From the IMG/VR virus record IMGVR_UViG_3300033156_000392, positions 1-64,000 of that record: a stretch of DNA of 64,000 nucleotides. One strand, 5' to 3'. Numbering within the stretch: the stretch's first letter is position 1; each line of letters opens with the position of its first letter. This DNA comes from a virus. Under the pieces are notes generated by a model that saw only the letters and a list, made by a program, of their open reading frames with translations, was not told the origin of the DNA and searched no databases. Both the position numbers and the translations under genes were made by a program. Of the stretch, positions 56,693-64,000 are shown one piece after another.

Positions 56693-56866
56693 TCACTCCA
56701 TCGCTATCTCCAGCAGGAGAGTGATGAGCGTCCCTGCCACAACTCCTCTCAAGAGGGCTGTGGGGCTCTCTCTCCAGCCGAGCACAAGTTGTATTCCCAG
56801 CACCAAGACCAGAGCCGCCACCAGTAGCACCGTCTCTCTAAGAGTCGGTTTCTCTCTCTTTTTCAT
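56693..56866 (-). CDS. 57-aa two-TM membrane protein (not in ORF track)
   Basis: MKKREKPTLRETVLLVAALVLVLGIQLVLG...GVVAGTLITLLLEIAME; palindrome copy just upstream. Confidence 0.5.
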   Translation of the reverse strand: MKKREKPTLRETVLLVAALVLVLGIQLVLGWRESPTALLRGVVAGTLITLLLEIAME

Positions 56867-57220
56867 ATCTCTATCTCCTAAAATAACTGTTTCTTTACGA
56901 CCATCTCAACTCTCCGAACATCACTATCTCAGGCGTTATGAGAGGCGTTATGGAGAGTGGTATGCCGGAGTGTCTCATAACGTCTATACCGTCAAATGAG
57001 CACTCTATCAGCACCAGAGTGGACGAGGAGAATAGTGTATTCCTCACCTCTCTCCTCTCTCCCTCTACTCCTACTCCACTCTCTCTAACGCCTCTAACGC
57101 CTCTCTTTCCTTCTTTTCTCACTATATCTCCTCTTTTCTCTCTACGAATGCTAAAAAAACAATTGCTTTAGGCTTCTCTCAGGCAGTTTCTACCGTAGGG
57201 CGGCTAAAATAACTGTTTCT

Positions 57221-57959
57221 TTAGTCTCCGTTTGCTATGAAAATGACTCTGTGCCATCGCTTCAGATGTATCTCCGGGTGCTGTGGGTGCTTTATTTTTT
57301 CCTTTTACGTAGATGCCTGTCAGTCTGTATTCTTCCAGATGTTCTATGTCTTGGACGGCTCTCACTCTGATTTCCTCCGCCTTGTGGTATCCGAGTTGCC
57401 ACTTCACCGACTTTCTCAAATGAAGTCTCACTGCCTTCGGAATTCTCTGTCTCGGTGGTCTCTCCGGTACGAGGTACAGGTCTCCCTGTCTCTTTACTTC
57501 CTTCTCTCTCTTCAGGACTTCCTCTGGGAAGAGTTTCTTTAGTATCTCTGACGGCTTGTCTTTCTTTCCCTTCTCCCTGAAGTAGAGTCTGCTCTCTGTG
57601 TACTGCTCTCCGTCTTTCAGTACGACGAGACACACCGGGGTTGTTGTCTGGAAGTAATAAATCTCCAGACCGAACTTTCGGAAAATCTTTCCCTCTTTTG
57701 CTGATTGTAGTGTCTGGTAGTTTTTCACAAGGTATCCAGCGAGTACTCTCTGCGTCTCCTCGTCCACGTCTTTGAACAACTCTCTCACTTTCGTTAGAGC
57801 CCTCTCTCCGATGCTCTGCTTCTCTGAGACCCACTCTGCTGGCACTCTCCACCTCAGTTTCCCTTTCTCGTCCACGAAGGGTATTGCTCTCTCTTGCTTG
57901 CTCCAGTTTAGTCTATTGTACTCTCTCCTCCCTATCGTAGTCCACTCCATCGCTTTCAC
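57221..57959 (-). CDS. RQGD/HxxH-motif phage protein, apparently frameshifted near the C-terminus
   Basis: VKRQGDLYLVP. Removing one A from the run at 57295-57300 gives GKIKHPQHPEIHLKRWHRVIFIANGD* ending at 57221. Confidence 0.55.
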
Positions 57960-59156
57960 CTCCTCCCACTCTCTCTTGGAGTGAGTATGAACTCGCTCTC
58001 TCTCATCTGTAGCACTCTCTCAAGGCTCTCAAGGCTCTTCGTCGCTACTCCCTCTCCGTCTATCACGACTGCCAAGACGACTCTATCTCTGTCTCTCACG
58101 ATCTCCCTCTCTCCGTTTCTTCTCTCATCAGAGCCTTGCTCTCTGGAGGTATCTTGATATTTGCTCCAGAGTGCTCTCACGGTCTCTATCCATCCACCTC
58201 ACCTGTGTGCTATCTGTATCCTTCTCAGACACAAGGGACAGACCGGACGTCCTCTCCAGTCTCTCATAGAGTCTGCAGTCCAGACTCTCTCGCAGGTGGG
58301 ACACTTCACTATCTCTATCCGTCTGCCCGTGAGTCTCTCGCTCTCGTTAAGAAGTTCTCCTTCCATATCTCTCACCTCTCTACTCCCATATATCGTGGTT
58401 GTTAACACAGTCGCAACAGTTCTGTACTATCCAGTCTTCGTCCGTCTCGCTTGCTCTGTACTCATTCCCACATACCGGGCACGTCCACACTTCTTCTTTC
58501 TCCATTTATCTCACTCCTTCTCTCACAGTCTCTTCTTCTCCACCTTCTCCATCAGACTGTCTCCGACTTTGATTTCCTCGCTCCCGACGTAGTTTATCCA
58601 GAGTTTGCCCCGTACCTCTTCCACGAATACCAGCCCTATATGTTCACTGCTGAAGGCGTTCTCTCTTCTCACCTCAAGACAGACGTAGTTCCCTTTCTTC
58701 ATCTCGTCTATCCGAATCTCTAAACCCATTCACATCACCTCTCTATCTCTTCGTCTCTCTAAGAAGTTGCTAAAATAACAGTTATTTTATCTCTTTCTCT
58801 TCTTCTCTCTCGTCGCTCTCTCCACCAGCATCGCTATCTCCCACGCTATCGCTACCGCCAGACTCGGAGAGTCCACATAACCCATCTCTAAGACCTTATC
58901 ACTTTCCATCTCAATACCTCTCCCTCGTCTATGCTCGCTGGTGGTCTATAAGGCTTTCTCCCTCTCCCTCTGTGGGGCTTTGCGTGTCCTTCTCCTCCTC
59001 CCCACGTCCTGAGTTGCTTCTTTGCTTGCTTTCTCCTCGCTCTCTCTTCGTCTATCTCCATCTTCTTTATTGTCTTCTGTACTATGTCTATCATAAAAGA
59101 GCAGTTAATCTTTCTGTAATACTCTAACTTCTCTTTCAGTAGGTCTTTAAGGTCTT

Positions 59157-59474
59157 TCATTCCAAACACCGAAATAGATAAGGAAGACAAAAGTAGTCTG
59201 GACACGTCCTTATATAGCGGTCTATCTCTCTTATGTTCTCGTACTCTACTTTGAAGTCTCTTATGGTCTTCTGTCTTCCGTGAGATAACTCCCTCATCAG
59301 TTTGAGATATGGGTTAACGGACTCTACGGATAAGACTATCTCCTCTCTTCTCCTCTCCTCTCTCCTCTCATCATCGGTCTGGAATATGGGAGAGAGGTTA
59401 AGGGGTCTCTCGACTATGAAGTCTGTTATTCTCGTCTGCCGTGTCTTTCCCGTTCTCATCATCATCATCTCCAT
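59157..59474 (-). CDS. Small protein with an N-terminal PIP-box-like motif
   Basis: RQTRITDFI. Confidence 0.45.
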   Translation of the reverse strand: MEMMMMRTGKTRQTRITDFIVERPLNLSPIFQTDDERREERRREEIVLSVESVNPYLKLMRELSHGRQKTIRDFKVEYENIREIDRYIRTCPDYFCLPYLFRCLE

Positions 59475-59528
59475 TTCAAACTAACACAAAAAATAAAGGA
59501 AAGGGAGAGGTTGGGGCGTGTTCTCTCC

Positions 59529-59834
59529 CTATAACTTCTTAGGTCTCACTAAGACTTGGGCGGGGTTCTGTTTGTATGACACTCGCCAGTTTGGATATTT
59601 TCTCTTCAACTGTTGTGCTACACTCCTCACGTTCTCTGTTTTGATTGGTGCGGTTGTGTGTTCTTTGAAAACGTCAAAAGGAATAGCCACGAACTCATCA
59701 GTTTTCTTGACGTTCTGTATAGCGTTGTTTATGGCAGTCTTCAGCGTCTCATCAATATCCCACTTTGTCGAGATTGGTTTAACGACAACCTCGAGCGTCA
59801 ACTGAACCCCTTCATTTTTGTTGTTGTTCTTCAT
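59529..59834 (-). CDS. Hypothetical protein, first gene of the leftward arm (possible regulator)
   Basis: TATA (CTTAAATA on - strand, near 59868-59875) and palindrome 59881-59901 upstream. Confidence 0.55.
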   Translation of the reverse strand: MKNNNKNEGVQLTLEVVVKPISTKWDIDETLKTAINNAIQNVKKTDEFVAIPFDVFKEHTTAPIKTENVRSVAQQLKRKYPNWRVSYKQNPAQVLVRPKKL

Positions 59835-60122
59835 TTTCGTCTCACCGAGTAGGTATCGACACGTGAGTATTTAAGTCTTTCTAAAATAATAATTTCTTTA
59901 GGCAATTGTCGAAGTGTGCCTTCTTTATATACTCTCGTAAAATAAGACTAATGTTATGTTCTAACGCCTTTATAACGCCTTTAACGTTTTGTCTGGGTTT
60001 GGGGGAAAATGAGACAAAACCCCTCTTTAAATACTCTTTAGACAGTTGTCGACATTACGCTTTATGGGTGAATTGAGCAAAAGACTTTTAACCCTACACG
60101 AGAAGGGTTAGCGGTGATGTGA

Positions 60123-60782
60123 ATGGTAAGGCCACGAAAAGACGCAACAATCGGGGTCTTGGAAGCGTACGAGATTTACAGAACCAACCCAACCCGAGCC
60201 ATAGAGGGTTTGGGTGGGTTGTCGGCGAAGACGTGGTTGAGAAGATTTCGAGAGAACGGATTAAAGATAAGACAACAGCGTAAGCGGAAGGTACACAATA
60301 ACGACTATGTGAACGTTGAGGAGTTGGAGAAGTGGGTTAGCGTTGATATAGACGAGATAACCTTTAAGCCCCTCCACACCAAGCATCAACGTGTTGTTAA
60401 AGAACTCGATGCCCAACTCGTAAAGGTCGGACTACACGAAGACGATGAGCATAAAGCGTTTGTGTTGATTACGCCGAGAACGTTAAGCAAACGAATAGCA
60501 CAACGGATTTTAGAGATTTACAGAGAGAAGGGTTTTAGCACAGTAGCGGATAAGGAGTTTGAAGCAGAGTTTAACGTTCGACACGGCACACGTGGGAAAG
60601 CACTTGTAGAAAACATAACGGCACGAATTAAAAACCTTGTCTATATGAACCTGCGACTCTTCAAGAAGGACGAGAGAAGCAGAGTTATCCAAGACTTATA
60701 CGAGAACGCAATAAAGACACTATGCGATGAGCCACCAGCCGAGATTAAACGATTAGTTGAAGACCCCCGAGCACTCTTTTAG
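60123..60782 (+). CDS. Putative HTH DNA-binding protein (regulator candidate)
   Basis: GLSAKTWLRRFRENGLKIR resembles an HTH; divergent from the leftward arm. Confidence 0.5.
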   Translation: MVRPRKDATIGVLEAYEIYRTNPTRAIEGLGGLSAKTWLRRFRENGLKIRQQRKRKVHNNDYVNVEELEKWVSVDIDEITFKPLHTKHQRVVKELDAQLVKVGLHEDDEHKAFVLITPRTLSKRIAQRILEIYREKGFSTVADKEFEAEFNVRHGTRGKALVENITARIKNLVYMNLRLFKKDERSRVIQDLYENAIKTLCDEPPAEIKRLVEDPRALF

Positions 60783-60784
60783 CA

Positions 60785-60816
60785 CTTCTTTTTTTCTTTT
60801 TCTTTTTTTCTTTTCT
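60785..60816 (+). terminator. Archaeal oligo-T terminator
   Basis: Several T runs directly after stop 60782. Confidence 0.65.
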
Positions 60817-61127
60817 CTCCTCTAACTCTCTACACGTCATAACACTTCATAACACCCCTTATCTTCTCCTACACTAAAAAAATTCAAATAATGATTATTT
60901 TAACAGTCCACCCCCGGTTCTAGTCACGACACACAATCATAACACACTGATCACAACAGATTATCATACACCTTCTAGAACGAGAACTTTCAAAGAAAGC
61001 AGACGGCATGCATAAAAGTGTGTATTTAGAAAAAACTTCCAGAAAGGAGTGTTAGACCCTCTCTCTGTTCCATCTTTGTTTATAAACAACAGAGAAGATA
61101 TATAAGAGAGGTGTTATAAAGCGTTAT

Positions 61128-61670
61128 GTGATGCCGTACCTCTGTAACTGTCAGTGCAAGATAGGAAAGTCTCCCAATAGAGATCTCTACCACGATCTGA
61201 GAGTCAAGGAGAGATACTCCTACGAGAGGCTCTCGCAGGTGGCTAGAGAGAAAGGGGAAGATATTTCTCCCATGGCCTTCCACAGACACTTCACCAAGCA
61301 CGTCAAGCCTGCACTGGAGGAGTACGTAAAGATGAATGCGTCAGAGGCTTGGCTCAGGGAGAGAGCCAGAGAAGAGGTCAACTTGTACCACGAGATTCTA
61401 TCTAACCTAGTTCTGCTCAGAGAGAAGGTCGAGGAAGCGTGTAGACTCCCTCTCTCATCCTCCAACATCACTGCACTCACCAATCTTCTGGGTGAGATAA
61501 GAAAGACTATCGTATACATCGCACAGCATAAAGACCAGCTTGTCGGGATAAGAGGAGAGATGAGTGAAGACATAACTCTCTCCTATCTCTTCGAGATCAT
61601 AGACGAGCTTCCGGAAGACAAGAGACAGAAGCTGAAGGCGAAGCTTCAGGCTCTGGTGGGTCTGACATGA
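61128..61670 (+). CDS. Terminase small subunit (putative)
   Basis: HTH-like SYERLSQ...ISPMAFHRH followed by helices; directly upstream of and overlapping TerL. Confidence 0.6.
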   Translation: MMPYLCNCQCKIGKSPNRDLYHDLRVKERYSYERLSQVAREKGEDISPMAFHRHFTKHVKPALEEYVKMNASEAWLRERAREEVNLYHEILSNLVLLREKVEEACRLPLSSSNITALTNLLGEIRKTIVYIAQHKDQLVGIRGEMSEDITLSYLFEIIDELPEDKRQKLKAKLQALVGLT

Positions 61671-62950
61671 ACATAGCGTGGAAGGCATATAAAATATGGG
61701 AATGGTACAGTGCTCCGTCCATCTACTTCAAGGACGTGACGGGACAGGATCCCATAAAAGGACAGAAGCATATAATGGACTTTCTACCGACCAACGAGAA
61801 CAGGTTGCTGGTGTGTGCCGCCTCTGGAGCCGGGAAGACGAGAGTGCTGGCTGCTGCAGCTCTCTGGGAGTGTACGGTACTACCTACCATCATCAGGAGG
61901 CCAGTCAAGGCACTGGTTCTTTCTGGATCTTTGGAGCAGTCAAAAGTTCTCTACGACTACACCTCAGAATACATCAAGAGGTGCAGCATAGTCGGTGACA
62001 TGGTACAGACCAGATTGAAGACTGAAACGAGATTCAAGAACGGCTCTCTTTTGAAGGCTCTTCCCTGCTCCGAGAGAGCCTTCTACGGTAAGCATGTAGA
62101 CCTACTGATCATAGACGAGGCAGCTCTAAAAGACATACCAGAAACGATCATAGACCATGCTCTGTCCATAGTGGCTCCAGTAAAAGGCTCCAAGCTCATG
62201 ATGTCTTCGACTCCCTATGAGCCTTCCTCAAGGTTCGTGAAGATGTGGGAGAAGGCACCAGAGGAGGGGTGGCTGAGGATAAACTGGTCGGCTGAGGAGT
62301 GCAACTGGATTCCGAAGAGTGTGATAGAGGAGGCACGGAGGACTCTCTCAGAGACGGAGTTCAGAATAAGGTGGAAGGGAGAGATAGTTACACCTTCAGA
62401 CACGTACTTCAGACGGGAGAGTATAAAGCAGTGTTTGATCAGTCAAAAGCCAAGGAGGGGAGAAGGAGAGATATTTGGAGGACTTGACTGGGGCTTCAAA
62501 CATTCGACTGTTCTTACTCTTGTCCAGTCTGAGGGTGAAGAAATTAACGTATTACTCACGAAGGAGTGGAAGAGAGAACGAATAGACAAAATATACGCCG
62601 ATATTCTCACTATTTGTAACGAGTATCATCCGAGACTCATCAATGCAGACTCTTCTCACGTCTTCGAGAACAACAAGTTAAAGGAGCTTGGAGTCCCTTT
62701 GGAGCCTATATCCTTTGCTAAGGAGAAGGAGAATATGCTGAACAATCTCGCCTCTCTTTTGGAGCACGGGAAGCTCTCCATCTGGGAAGAGGAAACTACT
62801 CTCATCTCCCAACTGAGGGACTACAAGAAGGGACTTCGTGGAGGGGACGACTTCGTTGACTCTCTCATGCTTGCGGTGAAAGACGTCTACAGTCCCACAT
62901 ATTCCGTACCAGCTGAGAAAGTACCTTTCAAGGTGGTAAAATACTTATAG
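61667..62950 (+). CDS. terL: Terminase large subunit
   Basis: ASGAGKT, LLIIDEAA, MSSTP, GLDWG, DDFVDS. Confidence 0.93.
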   Translation: MNIAWKAYKIWEWYSAPSIYFKDVTGQDPIKGQKHIMDFLPTNENRLLVCAASGAGKTRVLAAAALWECTVLPTIIRRPVKALVLSGSLEQSKVLYDYTSEYIKRCSIVGDMVQTRLKTETRFKNGSLLKALPCSERAFYGKHVDLLIIDEAALKDIPETIIDHALSIVAPVKGSKLMMSSTPYEPSSRFVKMWEKAPEEGWLRINWSAEECNWIPKSVIEEARRTLSETEFRIRWKGEIVTPSDTYFRRESIKQCLISQKPRRGEGEIFGGLDWGFKHSTVLTLVQSEGEEINVLLTKEWKRERIDKIYADILTICNEYHPRLINADSSHVFENNKLKELGVPLEPISFAKEKENMLNNLASLLEHGKLSIWEEETTLISQLRDYKKGLRGGDDFVDSLMLAVKDVYSPTYSVPAEKVPFKVVKYL

Positions 62951-62971
62951 ATAGGAAGGAGAGTGTCTTTG

Positions 62972-64000
62972 ATGACAAGAGTTAAAGTTCTTGGGTCAAG
63001 AGGTCTCATAGACGAGAAAGACAGACTGATTAGAAGGCACTCTGGCCTCTTGATAGACGAGAGAATACTGGTCGACTGTGGAGAAAAAGAGTTTCTGGGT
63101 ACTAAGCCAGATGTCTGTTTTCTTACTCATGCACACCCAGATCACTGGTTCCCTGTTAAGGAAAAAGTAGAGAAAGTTCCTCTCTCAGTGTACTGCTCTG
63201 GGAGAACTGCACAATTGCTGAATACTGAAATAGAACAAATTAGAGTATTCAAGAGGTTATCTATTTCTAGAATCAGAAGTCCTGACTACACTGTCTACAC
63301 CTACCCTGTCGTCCATTCGATAAAGGCACCTGCGAACGGATACGTTCTGAGTCTCGGTAGCTCAAAGATAGTCATTCCGGGTGACGTACTTTCAGTGAAG
63401 GAGAGGATAAGAGAGAAGCTGTGGACAGATGCTCTAGTCTACGTGGGTGACGGTTCATCCATAGAGAGGGAGCTAGTTCGTAGAAAGGAGGGAGAGATAT
63501 ACGGACACGCCTCTGTCATGAGACAGCTTGGATGGTGTAACCAAGGAAAGATAGAAGTAGCCGTACTCAGACACTGGGGCTCTGAAACTGTCAAGAAGGG
63601 AATCAGATGGGCGAGAAGAAGGATAGAGCAGTTACTGGATGAGAAAGACTGGAGTTACCCATCAAGAGTAATTTTGGCTACCGACGGTGCGACTCTGGAC
63701 ATCGACAGCCTCCAAGTGAAGACTCCAGACGTTTCTCCGGTGGAGCCTAAGAGATTCATAAAAAGAGTACCAAGGGCTGGCTTGTATCTCACTCCTCCAC
63801 ACGGAGAGTTGATTTGGGAGAGGAAAAAGACTTTGATAGTCAAGAGCAAGAAGTTCGAGAAGTACGTTGGAGAGCCTCTCTACCTTCTCTCTGACGGAAA
63901 GTGCTATGGAATTCTGAGTCTTCGCTCTCCCTACAAGATAGATAGGAATGAGTTTGAGAAGCTGAGAGACAAGCACAGGATCTCTGATGAGGAAGTTAAA
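62972..64000 (+). CDS. 3'-truncated multidomain protein: metallo-beta-lactamase-fold hydrolase plus ASCH-like domain (not in ORF track)
   Basis: Manual translation is open to the window end: MTRVKVLGSRG...ILVDCG...LTHAHPDH...VVHS...PGD...GHAS...RHWG; then GLYLTPPHGELIWERKKTLIVKS...PLYL...CYG. Confidence 0.8.
   Translation, partial: MTRVKVLGSRGLIDEKDRLIRRHSGLLIDERILVDCGEKEFLGTKPDVCFLTHAHPDHWFPVKEKVEKVPLSVYCSGRTAQLLNTEIEQIRVFKRLSISRIRSPDYTVYTYPVVHSIKAPANGYVLSLGSSKIVIPGDVLSVKERIREKLWTDALVYVGDGSSIERELVRRKEGEIYGHASVMRQLGWCNQGKIEVAVLRHWGSETVKKGIRWARRRIEQLLDEKDWSYPSRVILATDGATLDIDSLQVKTPDVSPVEPKRFIKRVPRAGLYLTPPHGELIWERKKTLIVKSKKFEKYVGEPLYLLSDGKCYGILSLRSPYKIDRNEFEKLRDKHRISDEEVK

Larger units (their letters stand above)
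1..64000. mobile_element. Archaeal tailed dsDNA virus genome (Caudoviricetes), probably near-complete and circularly permuted
   Basis: Contains TerL, portal, HK97-type protease, MCP, neck, tail tube, tape measure and PolB, with archaeal RBS/TATA signals and no host housekeeping operons. Confidence 0.95.

Noticed and set aside
42060-59901. 21-bp palindromes as a CRISPR array
   Set aside because: Copies are dispersed over tens of kb without regular spacers, and there are no cas genes.
1-64000. Integrated provirus with integrase and att sites
   Set aside because: No tyrosine or serine recombinase motif and no flanking host genes recognised.

Overview
This window is most of the genome of an archaeal head-tailed virus (Caudoviricetes, HK97-fold capsid, probably siphovirus-like tail). 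The host is most likely a thermophilic archaeon, possibly TACK/Thermoproteota. Evidence for this is GGAGGTGA ribosome-binding sites, TATA-box promoters, E/K/R-rich proteins, and viral RadA, short XPF, Alba and an Rpo12-like gene. Layout: head and tail genes on + (1-13.5 kb); a displaced minus-strand Alba/portal/phosphoesterase block; PolB and an SSB-like gene on -; a + operon with DHH, RadA, XPF, two glycosyltransferases, a pyruvyltransferase-methyltransferase fusion and a protease; a long minus-strand accessory arm (28.3-59.8 kb); a control region; then TerS, TerL and an unterminated ORF. That last ORF probably continues, through sequence outside the window, into the ORF that opens the window. 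The best candidate for a new system is a MoxR-like AAA+ ATPase and a metallopeptidase-vWA gene followed by a tandem array of about 9 divergent ~210-aa paralogues sharing a C-terminal motif. About 10 copies of a 21-bp palindrome punctuate this arm. Other highlights are a viral Rpo12 homologue missed by the ORF track, a multidomain MBL/ASCH/LigD-phosphoesterase protein sitting where the portal normally lies, and a nested Tyr-Pro scaffold. All assignments come from reading motifs by eye; no database searches were run.
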